Of a stretch of DNA of 32,000 nt, positions 23,769 to 32,000 are shown in pieces. Source of the DNA: Bellilinea caldifistulae (GTDB lineage: Bacteria > Chloroflexota > Anaerolineae > Anaerolineales > Anaerolineaceae); the NCBI RefSeq assembly GCF_001306055.1, contig NZ_LGHJ01000012.1, positions 180,001 through 212,000 of the forward strand, in the 5' to 3' direction. Within the stretch, counting starts at the first letter, position 1. Each line of letters begins with the position of its first letter. The notes under the pieces were generated by a model that worked only from the letters and a program-made list of their open reading frames with translations, ran no database searches and was not told the origin of the DNA. The position numbers and the translations under genes were made by a program.

Positions 23769-25013
23769 TTATTCAGCGGGTTTGTCCGATGACTGCTCAC
23801 TTTCTTCTTCGGTATCGTCCTCTTCGAGGACTTCTTCCAGCGCCATCCAGTCTAAATCGGCATACGCCATGGATTCAACCCGCCGGATGCTCAAACCAAT
23901 CCGGTGGTTTTCCGCATCCACCTTGATGACCCGCAGGGTGACCACATCCCCTTCCTTCAACACCTCTTTGGGGTGCTCAATCCGTTTTTCGCTGATTTCG
24001 GAAATGTGGATCAAGCCCTCAACATCGTCATCAATGCGCGCAAACGCGCCGAACTTCGTCAGACGGGTGATGGTGCCCTCAATCAACTGCCCCACCTGGT
24101 AACGGGAGGCTTTTTCCAGCCAGGGGTCTTTCTGCAATTGACGGATGGAAAGGCCAATGCGCTTTTTCTCGCGGTCAATCGAGATAATTTTTACTTTGAC
24201 TTCCTGCCCGACTTTAAGCACCTCGGAGGGGTGCTGAATGCGATCCCACGAAATTTCGGAAAGATGCACCAGACCGTCGGCACCGCTGATGTTGACGAAT
24301 GCCCCAAAATCGGCCAGGCTGGTCACTTTGCCGGTGCGTACTTCGCCTTCCTGGAGGCTGTCAATCACCCGTTCCTTGATCGTTTCGCGGGTTTCGGTAT
24401 TGGCGGCTCGCTCCGAAAGGATTAATCGCCGTCGTTCGCGGTCCACTTCGATCACGCACACGTCAATTTCCTCACCGATCATCTTGCTCCAGCGCTGCTC
24501 CGGGGTTTCGCCGCTGCTTTCGGCGCGCCGCGAAAGACTGACCTGCGAAGCCGGGACAAAACCGCGCAGCCCGCCAACCGGTACAATCAGCCCACCTTTG
24601 TTGTAACCGATGATCTTGCTGTGGTAGGTTTCTTTGGATGCCAGTAGTTGTTCGGCTTCTTTCCAGCTGGCCTCTTCCCGGGCGCGCACATATGAAAGCA
24701 CCACATTTCCGCTGGAATCTTCCGGGTTGACCACGTAAACCGGGATCTCCATCCCGACTTTCAACTCATCCAATTCCTCACGCGGGATGGCCTCATATTC
24801 CTTCCCGCTGATGACACCTTCGGACTTCGTACCCACGCTCACCAAAATCTGACCGGGGGCAATACTGGCAATCATACCAGTGCGAATTTCCCCTTGTTGC
24901 GGGAAGTCAATCATTGCACCTTCCTGCTCTAAAAGGGAAGCCATGTTATTGTTTTCTGTCTGATGATTCTCGGGCTGGGTTTCCTGCTCGAGAGGTGCGT
25001 GGTTTTGGTCCAT
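23769..25013 (-). CDS. rpsA: 30S ribosomal protein S1 (four S1 domains)
   Basis: Repeated S1/OB motifs (G.V..I...G..V..G...G.I). ORF to 25022 (TTG). ATG 25013 preferred, with GGAG 11 nt upstream. Confidence 0.9.
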   Translation of the reverse strand: MDQNHAPLEQETQPENHQTENNNMASLLEQEGAMIDFPQQGEIRTGMIASIAPGQILVSVGTKSEGVISGKEYEAIPREELDELKVGMEIPVYVVNPEDSSGNVVLSYVRAREEASWKEAEQLLASKETYHSKIIGYNKGGLIVPVGGLRGFVPASQVSLSRRAESSGETPEQRWSKMIGEEIDVCVIEVDRERRRLILSERAANTETRETIKERVIDSLQEGEVRTGKVTSLADFGAFVNISGADGLVHLSEISWDRIQHPSEVLKVGQEVKVKIISIDREKKRIGLSIRQLQKDPWLEKASRYQVGQLIEGTITRLTKFGAFARIDDDVEGLIHISEISEKRIEHPKEVLKEGDVVTLRVIKVDAENHRIGLSIRRVESMAYADLDWMALEEVLEEDDTEEESEQSSDKPAE

Positions 25014-25048
25014 ACGATCCAATACTCCAATGAAAAAAGTTACTGCCC

Positions 25049-25077
25049 ATTATAAAGGCGATTAAGCATCTTGACAA
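25049..25077 (-). promoter_or_regulatory. Sigma70-type promoter for rpsA (TTGTCA-17-TATAAT)
   Basis: Minus strand: TTGTCA (25072-25077), 17-nt spacer, TATAAT (25049-25054). Confidence 0.65.
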
Positions 25078-25084
25078 CCCCGCA

Positions 25085-28000
25085 TTAATGCCGTCGGCGT
25101 TTCTTCTTGCGAGCCGAACGGGAGGCTTCGTCCTTGCGTTCGACTGCTCCGGCCACCACATTTTCGGGCCTGGCTGCCGTCTCCACGCTGCTGCGGTCGC
25201 GTTCAACCTGCACCGTTGCACTGCGGCTGGGCTGGTAGGTGAACATCCGCGCCACCACGCCGCCGCGAATATCCTTGAGCAATTGCGAGAATAACTCCGT
25301 TGCCCGGCTCTTGTACTGCACCAGCGGATCACGCTGAGCATAGGCTTCCAGCCCAATTGAAACACGCAGGGCATCCACCCGTGTCAGGTAATCCACCCAC
25401 AATTGGGAGATCACCCCCAGCAGAATTTCGCGGTAGATTTGATTTTGTAAGCGCTCGCCCAACACACGCGCAATTTCCTGCAAGTCTTCGGCAGGCAATT
25501 CTTTCAAGTCACTTTCGGCAATTTCTTCAAAGCGTTCGTTGCCCAGCACGGCACGCAGGCGTTCCTGCAAGGGTTGACTCAGACGCGAAAGCGGCGTTTC
25601 GGTCTGAATCAGACGGCGCAATTCATAATTGCCCCACACCCGTTGCAATGCCAGCCGCGCGCCTTCGAGATGTTCCAGAATCTCCTCGCTGAGTTCCTCC
25701 GCATCACGGCCTTCCAGCAAACCAGCTGCCAAAAAGATGTAGGTCATGCGGATGACTTGCTGCCGTCCCCGCCGATGCGTGCGGCGGTCGAACGTCAGGC
25801 GAGTGCCTTGCGTCATGATCCCCAGCAGCCCCAGCAAAGCTGCCTGATTTTGCGCAAGCAGGATTTTCCCGTCCCCCACCCGTTCGAGGGCGGCATCCAG
25901 ATCCCGGGCGATCGGACCATCCGGGCTGGAAAGCCGTTCAACCCGCTCGTTGAGCAATCGTTCAACCTCACCGTACAACATCCGGGCTGCCTCGTCCCAG
26001 TCGCTGCCCATGTACTGAGCCGGACGGGCATCCAGTTCCTCAATGCGCCGTTGAATCGCCCCAATCACCCGGTTTAGCGTTACCGACATCAGCGCAGCCT
26101 CAACCTGCTCCTTTACCCGCTCGGCCAGATGATCGCCCCCCTGCGCCAGGGCGCGCATCTCTTCACTGCTCAAACGCAGCGGTACGCGCACCAGCCCGGA
26201 GAGTTCTTCCACCAGTTCCTGCGGGCGCAAACTGCCGCCGGACTCCTCCAGCCGGTCCGGCAATCCTTCAAAAAAGGTGTCCACAGTTTCCAGCCGCTCG
26301 GCCAGTTGCTGCTGGATAGCCTCTTCGCTGCGCTCCAGCAAACTTTCAATCGCCCGCAGCAGATGATTGCGCTCGGCTTCCAGCGCCCGGCGGGCTAACT
26401 CCAACAGCGCCCTCCGCAGTTGATCGGCGGTGATGGCTTCCTCGCCAAATTGCTCCTCAATTTCGTCCATCATCAGGCGTAAGGTGTAGGAGGGATAGGC
26501 CACCCCCTCAAAAGTGATTGGCGGCTGAATGTCTTCCAGATACGCCAGCAATTTCCACGGCCCTTCTTCATCGGTCAAAGCCGTTTCAACCCGGTTTTTC
26601 AGTTCGTTTTGCAGCATTTCGCGGACATCCTCGCTCAGGTCTTCTTTGGTAAAGACCCGGTCACGCTGCTCGTAGATGCGCTTGCGCTGCATGTTCAGCA
26701 CATCATCGTACTCAAGCAGGTGCTTGCGGATGTCGAAGTTATTGCCTTCCACCCGCGCCTGGGATTGCTCCACCAGTTTGGCAACCAGATTATTCTCAAT
26801 CGGCAGACTTTCGTCAATATTCAACCGCGCCATCAGGTTTTCCACCTGCGCGCCGCCAAACAGACGCATCAGGTCATCCTCCATGGAGAGATAAAAGCGG
26901 GAAGAACCGGGGTCACCCTGACGGGCAGCCCGTCCGCGCAACTGATTGTCTATCCGGCGGGCTTCGTGGCGTTCCGAGCCAATCACATGCAGACCGCCCA
27001 GTTCCCGCACCTTTTCCATCTCATCCATGTACTGCAAAAAGGCACGCACCGATTCTTCATAAATCCCGTAATCGGCCGGATTCATTTCCAAAAGCAGTTT
27101 TCGGCGCTGCTCGTTGGTCATCTCGTAGGGGTCGTCGCCGGCGCTTCTCAACACCCGGTTGACATCCGCCAGAATATCCTCGTCGAGTTCACCGCCCAGT
27201 TTGATATCCACACCGCGCCCCGCCATGTTGGTGGCAATCGTAACCGCACCGAAGGCGCCGGCGCGCGCAATAATCAGAGACTCTTCATCGTGTTTGCGGG
27301 CATTCAAAACCTGATGCGGCACACCGCCCTGCAACACCCTGACCAGTCGCGGACGGTCTTCTTCTCTCAAATTGAGCAAATTCAGTAACCGCTCCACATT
27401 TTCCGGGTCTTCCGGGTTGATGGAGGTCATCCCGACCGAGCGGGCAAAATTGCGCAATTCGGCGGTGTTCAGGTCGGGCAACGGTTTGTACAAAAACTGC
27501 AATTCGGGAATGGCGGTCTCACTTTCCTGCCGGTTGTGCTTGCGCAGCCAGGCATCTCGAATCAACATCACCTGCATTAAACGACGCAGCAATTCGGGCT
27601 GCAGGCGCAGCGAAAGCCGCTCCGAATGCTCCACCGATGTGGTACCCACCAATTGCGGCCGGCCGCGCACATGGTAGTGGATGATTTCCTGCACAATGGC
27701 ACGGATTTTCGCCTCTTCGGTGCGATAAATCACATCCGGGTAGTCTTTGCGTTTCCAGAACACTGGCGCTTTGAGCGGGTCATCCCGCCGGGCGTAATAG
27801 GTGTATTTATAGCCGTATTCGTCCTTGCCTTGCACTTCCACCAGTGTCGGGTTGGGTTGTATCGCCTTATATTCCAGATTGGTGGGAATGGGCAGCACTT
27901 CCAGTTTGTAAATTTTGGCGAATTCTTCCGCCTCGGTCAGCGCCGTTCCGGTCATACCGGCCAGTTTTTCGTACATGCGGAAGTAATTTTGAATGGTGAT

Positions 28001-29206
28001 GGTGGCGTAGGTGATATTTTCCGGCTCGACCTTAACACCTTCTTTAGCCTCGACAGCCTGATGCAGCCCCTCCGACCAGCGCCGTCCGGGCATCAGTCGG
28101 CCGGTAAATTCATCAATGATGATCACCTTGCCGCCCTGTACCAGATAGTCCTTATTGCGTTTGAAGAGGAATTGCGCTTTGAGAGCTTGTTCCAGATAAC
28201 CCAGCAAGCGGGCCTGTTCGGGATTGATATCCTCCGGACGTTCCGGATCCACCAGCGGCATATCCAGCAATTCCTCGACATGCGCCATCCCCACTTCGGT
28301 CAGGGTGACAGTGCGGTCGCGCTCGTTGATTTCGTAGTCTTCTTCGCGCAGGGCGCGCACCACCTGAGCCATCTTGATGTACCATTCGGCTTCATCGGCT
28401 GCCGGACCGGAGATGATCAACGGGGTACGGGCTTCATCAATCAAAATGTTGTCCACCTCGTCCACAATGGCGTAGTAATGCCCGCGCTGTGATCGTTCTT
28501 CCAGCCGGTAAGCAAGATTGTCGCGCAGATAGTCAAAACCGAACTCGCTGTTGGTACCGTAGGTAATATCGGCGCGGTAGGCTTCAGCCCGATCCACCAT
28601 GCGCAGTTGATGCTGGTCCTCGAACGGTGAGGTTTTTTCCAGATCCACCAGAAAAGCCTTGCGCCCGTTTTCGGTGCGGCTGGCCATTTGCAGCACGCCG
28701 ACTTTCAGGCCCAAAAAGTCGTAAATTGGCCCCATCCAGCGCGCATCCCGGCGGGCAAGGTAGTCGTTGACCGTGACCAGATGCACGCCCCGTCCGGTCA
28801 GGGCATTCAGGTAGAGCGGCAAGGTGGCGACCAGGGTCTTGCCTTCACCGGTGCGCATTTCGGCAATTTTGCCTTCATGGAGCACCATACCGCCGATCAA
28901 TTGCACTTCGTAATGACGCAGACCAATGGTGCGCTTGCTGGCTTCACGCACGGCGGCAAAAGCCTGCGGCAGAATTTCATCCAGTGCGACTTTTTCAGCC
29001 TGCCGGCGTTCGGCCTCGTTTTCGATACCGGCGGTTGCCTGCCGGATGTAGGCGCGAAATTCATCGGTTTTGGCGCGTAATGCATCATCCGATAATTTTT
29101 CAAATTCGGCTTCCAGCGCGTTAATCTGCTCGGCGCGCGCCGCCAGCCGTTGTATTTCTCGTTTATTCGGGTCAACGCCCAAGATGTTGACGATCTTTTT
29201 GAACAT
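25085..29206 (-). CDS. secA: Preprotein translocase ATPase SecA, unusually long (about 1373 aa) with large insertions and no C-terminal zinc-binding motif
   Basis: ATG 29206 with GAGGTG 7 nt upstream. Motifs [47 protein letters not shown] and [31 protein letters not shown]. The C-terminus ends KKKRRRH without Cys. Confidence 0.95.
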   Translation of the reverse strand: MFKKIVNILGVDPNKREIQRLAARAEQINALEAEFEKLSDDALRAKTDEFRAYIRQATAGIENEAERRQAEKVALDEILPQAFAAVREASKRTIGLRHYEVQLIGGMVLHEGKIAEMRTGEGKTLVATLPLYLNALTGRGVHLVTVNDYLARRDARWMGPIYDFLGLKVGVLQMASRTENGRKAFLVDLEKTSPFEDQHQLRMVDRAEAYRADITYGTNSEFGFDYLRDNLAYRLEERSQRGHYYAIVDEVDNILIDEARTPLIISGPAADEAEWYIKMAQVVRALREEDYEINERDRTVTLTEVGMAHVEELLDMPLVDPERPEDINPEQARLLGYLEQALKAQFLFKRNKDYLVQGGKVIIIDEFTGRLMPGRRWSEGLHQAVEAKEGVKVEPENITYATITIQNYFRMYEKLAGMTGTALTEAEEFAKIYKLEVLPIPTNLEYKAIQPNPTLVEVQGKDEYGYKYTYYARRDDPLKAPVFWKRKDYPDVIYRTEEAKIRAIVQEIIHYHVRGRPQLVGTTSVEHSERLSLRLQPELLRRLMQVMLIRDAWLRKHNRQESETAIPELQFLYKPLPDLNTAELRNFARSVGMTSINPEDPENVERLLNLLNLREEDRPRLVRVLQGGVPHQVLNARKHDEESLIIARAGAFGAVTIATNMAGRGVDIKLGGELDEDILADVNRVLRSAGDDPYEMTNEQRRKLLLEMNPADYGIYEESVRAFLQYMDEMEKVRELGGLHVIGSERHEARRIDNQLRGRAARQGDPGSSRFYLSMEDDLMRLFGGAQVENLMARLNIDESLPIENNLVAKLVEQSQARVEGNNFDIRKHLLEYDDVLNMQRKRIYEQRDRVFTKEDLSEDVREMLQNELKNRVETALTDEEGPWKLLAYLEDIQPPITFEGVAYPSYTLRLMMDEIEEQFGEEAITADQLRRALLELARRALEAERNHLLRAIESLLERSEEAIQQQLAERLETVDTFFEGLPDRLEESGGSLRPQELVEELSGLVRVPLRLSSEEMRALAQGGDHLAERVKEQVEAALMSVTLNRVIGAIQRRIEELDARPAQYMGSDWDEAARMLYGEVERLLNERVERLSSPDGPIARDLDAALERVGDGKILLAQNQAALLGLLGIMTQGTRLTFDRRTHRRGRQQVIRMTYIFLAAGLLEGRDAEELSEEILEHLEGARLALQRVWGNYELRRLIQTETPLSRLSQPLQERLRAVLGNERFEEIAESDLKELPAEDLQEIARVLGERLQNQIYREILLGVISQLWVDYLTRVDALRVSIGLEAYAQRDPLVQYKSRATELFSQLLKDIRGGVVARMFTYQPSRSATVQVERDRSSVETAARPENVVAGAVERKDEASRSARKKKRRRH

Positions 29207-29227
29207 AAACAATCACCTCTCTGCGGG

Positions 29228-29236
29228 TGGATTATA
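29228..29236 (-). promoter_or_regulatory. Extended -10 element (TGcTATAAT) upstream of secA
   Basis: Minus strand: TATAAT at 29231-29236 with TGc upstream. Poor T-rich -35. Confidence 0.45.
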
Positions 29237-29251
29237 GCATAGACAACCCCC

Positions 29252-29298
29252 GTAAAAAATAGGCACGGGTCAAATGATAAAAGTTCATTTGACCCGTG
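29252..29298 (-). terminator. Rho-independent terminator after lpdA
   Basis: Perfect 14-bp stem CACGGGTCAAATGA (29264-29277) / TCATTTGACCCGTG (29285-29298) with a 7-nt loop. On the minus strand it is followed by CCTATTTTTTAC. Confidence 0.85.
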
Positions 29299-29352
29299 GT
29301 TAATCATCCGCCATGTGAATTGGATGGGGAGCACGAATCTCCCCGGCGCAAA

Positions 29353-30750
29353 TCAAATGTGAATGGCGTGCCCCGTGGCTGCATGGGCTGCTTCCATGAT
29401 CACCTCACTCAGGGTGGGGTGGGCATGCACATTCCGGGCAATTTCTTCTACGGTCAATTCCATGCTTTGCGCCAAAGTCAATTCTGGCAGCAGTTCGGTC
29501 ACTTCCGGGCCAATCATGTGAGCGCCGAGAATTTCGCCGTACTTCGCATCCGTCACAATTTTTACGAAACCGGCGTAATCCCCCAAACCGAGTGCTTTAC
29601 CGTTGGGCTGGAAGGGGAAGCGCCCAATTTTGACCTCATAACCCTGTTCCTTTGCCTGCGCCTCGGTCAGGCCAAAGGAGGCTACCTGTGGCTGACAGTA
29701 AGTCGCTCGTGGCATCATCCGGTAATCCAGTTTGACGGTTGGAACGCCGGCAATGTTCTCCGCCGCAACAATGCCCATGGCGGAGGCGACATGGGCAAGC
29801 AGCAGTTGACCGGTCACATCACCAATCGCCCAGATTCCCGGCACATTGGTCGCCATGCGCTCGTCAATTTTGATGAAGCCGCGTTCGGTCAATTCCACAC
29901 CAGCAGCTTCCAGCCCAATATCCTGGGTATTGGGTTTGAAGCCGATTGCAACCAGGGCTTGTTCGGCTTCGAGTACTTTTTGATTCGAACCATCCGAAAC
30001 GGTCACGCGCACGCCCTTTTCGGTGGTTTCCACCGACTGGACTTTGTGACTGGTCAACATTTGAATGCCGCGCTTTTGGAAGGCTTTGGCCAGTTCCGTG
30101 CTGACTTCTTCATCCTCCAACGGCACAATTCGCGGCAGCATTTCAACCAGTGTAACCTGCGTGCCGTAGGAATTCCAGATGGTAGCAAATTCCACCCCAA
30201 TCGCTCCCGCGCCAATAATCACCACCGACTCCGGGCGGCGGGTTTGCAAAATTGCCTCCCAGTAGGTCAGCACCTTTTCACCATCCGGCTTGACACCCGG
30301 AATCATCGCGGCATGCGCGCCGGTGGCAATGATGATATTCTTTGCCGTAAAGGTTTGGGTCTTACCTTCCGCATCGGTCACCTGAACCGAATCACGGGCT
30401 GTCAGCCGGGCGATCCCCATGTGAACATCAATTTTGTTCTTCTTCATTAAAAAGCCGACACCCTGAACCAGCCGCTTGGAAACCTTTCGGCTGCGGTCAA
30501 CCGCAACGGCATAATCCAGTTTCAGGTTATCAAAGGAGAAACCAAATTCGGCAGTACGCTCCCGCAAGATATGCGCCAGCTCGGCATTTCGGAGCAGCGA
30601 TTTGGAGGGAATGCAGCCCACATTCAGGCACACCCCGCCCAGAAATTCTTTTTCGACCACGGCGGTTTTCAAGCCCAACTGGGCAGCACGAATGGCTGCC
30701 ACATAGCCGCCCGGCCCGGCACCAATTACGATTACATCATAGTCACTCAT
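29353..30750 (-). CDS. lpdA: Dihydrolipoyl dehydrogenase (E3)
   Basis: FAD motif [14 protein letters not shown]. Redox-active disulfide [16 protein letters not shown] motif [13 protein letters not shown]-terminal HAHPTLSE. Confidence 0.95.
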   Translation of the reverse strand: MSDYDVIVIGAGPGGYVAAIRAAQLGLKTAVVEKEFLGGVCLNVGCIPSKSLLRNAELAHILRERTAEFGFSFDNLKLDYAVAVDRSRKVSKRLVQGVGFLMKKNKIDVHMGIARLTARDSVQVTDAEGKTQTFTAKNIIIATGAHAAMIPGVKPDGEKVLTYWEAILQTRRPESVVIIGAGAIGVEFATIWNSYGTQVTLVEMLPRIVPLEDEEVSTELAKAFQKRGIQMLTSHKVQSVETTEKGVRVTVSDGSNQKVLEAEQALVAIGFKPNTQDIGLEAAGVELTERGFIKIDERMATNVPGIWAIGDVTGQLLLAHVASAMGIVAAENIAGVPTVKLDYRMMPRATYCQPQVASFGLTEAQAKEQGYEVKIGRFPFQPNGKALGLGDYAGFVKIVTDAKYGEILGAHMIGPEVTELLPELTLAQSMELTVEEIARNVHAHPTLSEVIMEAAHAATGHAIHI

Positions 30751-30893
30751 CGTTCCATCCTCTTTGATCCAGTTTTTGGCTGAGCTGATTTATGCCAGCC
30801 CGATTTTCCTGTTTTATCACCCCTACGATTTTACCCGCAGGAAGCGAGTTAAGGGGCTTTGTGTACCACAAATCGAACATTTGTTAGAAGGGC

Positions 30894-32000
30894 TCAGACG
30901 CTCCAATTTTGCAGAGTTTCGACCACCTTGCCTAAGAAGCCGTCGGCAGATGCGCCGTCTAATATTCGATGATCGAAGGTAAAGGAAAGATACACCATTG
31001 GGCGCACCGCAATGGCATCCCCTTCCACAACCACCGCTCGCTTTTGAATGGCACCCACGCCCAGAATCCCGCACTGCGGCTGGTTGATGACCGGTGTGGC
31101 GAACAATGATCCGCCAATGCCGTGATTGGTGATTGAGAAGGTGCCACCCTTCACCTCATCCGGCAGCAGACGATGCGCCCGCGCTCGATGGGCCAGGTCG
31201 TTAATCGCCCGCGCCAGCCCCAGCAAGGAAAGACCATCCGCACGGCGAATCACCGGCACAATCAGTCCCTCCTCACCCAGCGAAACGGCAATGCCGAGAT
31301 GGATTTCCGAATGCAGGATCAACCCCTCCTCGCTCCATGAGGAATTGACCTGTGGAAAGGCTTTGAGCGCGGCAATGACAGCGGCAGCAAAGTAAGCCGT
31401 GTAGGTCAGGTTAACGCCGTCACGGGCAAACAGGGCTTTATTCGCCTCGCGGTGAGCCACCACCTGCTTGAGGTCAGCCTCCATCACCGTGGTCACGTGC
31501 GGGGCTGTCCGCTTGCTGAAGACCATGTGTTCGGCAATGCTGCGGCGCATTTTGGTATGCGGGATCAAACGGCTGCCGGGGGGAAGGTCTCCGGGCTGTT
31601 GAACCGGCGGAACTGGTTTGGTTTCCATCGCCGGCTGACTGCCGGGGAACATCAATTCGGTCGGGCGAAACAAATCGCCTTCACCCGGCGTTTCCCAAAT
31701 AGCCGGCTGCTCAGCCACGGGTTGTTGTTCTCGCTGTTCAAGGTAAGCCAGCACATCTTTCTTGGTAATCCGCCCGCCTTGCCCGCTGCCCCGAATCTGG
31801 CTCAGGTCAACCTGATATTCCTGCGCCAGCCGCGCCACCACCGGGGAGATAAATCCCAGATCGCGATCCCGCCCCGGTGCGGGGACGGCCACAGCCGATT
31901 CGGGCTGGGCTTGTTTCGGCTTTTCCGCTGCCGACGGGTGTACAGCGCCTACCTCATCCGGGATGCTTTCTCCCGGCTCACCGATCCACGCAATTACCGT
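30894..32000 (-). CDS. 2-oxoacid dehydrogenase E2 (dihydrolipoamide acyltransferase), 5'-truncated by the window edge
   Basis: Peripheral subunit-binding domain SPVVARLAQEYQVDLSQIRGSGQGGRITKKDV. Catalytic domain with DHRILDG. The frame stays open from 31892 to 32000 (…VIAWIGEPGESIPDE, the end of a lipoyl domain). Confidence 0.9.
   Translation of the reverse strand, partial: TVIAWIGEPGESIPDEVGAVHPSAAEKPKQAQPESAVAVPAPGRDRDLGFISPVVARLAQEYQVDLSQIRGSGQGGRITKKDVLAYLEQREQQPVAEQPAIWETPGEGDLFRPTELMFPGSQPAMETKPVPPVQQPGDLPPGSRLIPHTKMRRSIAEHMVFSKRTAPHVTTVMEADLKQVVAHREANKALFARDGVNLTYTAYFAAAVIAALKAFPQVNSSWSEEGLILHSEIHLGIAVSLGEEGLIVPVIRRADGLSLLGLARAINDLAHRARAHRLLPDEVKGGTFSITNHGIGGSLFATPVINQPQCGILGVGAIQKRAVVVEGDAIAVRPMVYLSFTFDHRILDGASADGFLGKVVETLQNWSV

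Noticed and set aside
25071-25076. Perfect TTGACA on the plus strand between rpsA and secA.
   Set aside because: It is the reverse-strand overlap of the rpsA -35 (TTGTCA). No plus-strand -10 or downstream plus-strand gene exists.
25432-26650. Intein or mobile insertion inside SecA.
   Set aside because: The inserted region lacks intein hallmarks: no N-terminal Cys/Ser splice junction, no terminal HN plus nucleophile, and no LAGLIDADG/HNH block. Its GC and codon usage match the rest of secA. It looks like a helical domain expansion.

Overview
High-GC bacterial chromosomal window; a single 60-nt line at 9241 counts about 57% GC. Most of it is densely packed housekeeping and respiratory genes. 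Left to right:
- Two tandem YkuD L,D-transpeptidase genes, the second split by a frameshift in a C8 run.
- A hypothetical protein, a thioredoxin-TPR protein, a secreted lipoprotein, an NrtR-like Nudix regulator and an RlmD/RumA-type RNA methyltransferase that is translationally coupled to two tandem CBS-pair genes.
- A membrane-anchored dihaem cytochrome c followed by an Alternative Complex III (ACIII)-like cluster: actA, split actB, actC, actD, actE.
- A cold-shock gene with a structured leader.
- tRNA-Ser(GGA) and tRNA-Val(GAC), each with its own promoter and terminator.
- On the minus strand: a LysM-M23 peptidase, a small membrane protein, an M19 dipeptidase, rpsA, an unusually long secA, lpdA and a 5'-truncated 2-oxoacid dehydrogenase E2 gene.

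The outstanding feature is a roughly 5.4-kb low-GC block (15402-20798; a 60-nt line at 16261 counts about 37% GC) wedged between tRNA-Val and the M23 peptidase gene. It carries one consensus-promoter operon of three translationally coupled genes:
- an 80-aa secreted protein;
- a 1358-aa FtsX/MacB-type permease with two FtsX modules, a roughly 530-aa extracytoplasmic domain, a ninth TM helix and a C-terminal extracytoplasmic M28/PA-like domain that appears catalytically degenerate;
- a MacB/LolD-type ABC ATPase.

This is my best candidate for an undescribed system. It may be a mechanotransmission ABC machine with a built-in pseudo-peptidase module, possibly tied to cell-wall hydrolase control.

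Gene content is compatible with a Chloroflexota-like monoderm, but that is inference only. All domain calls come from motif recognition by eye; no database search was possible.
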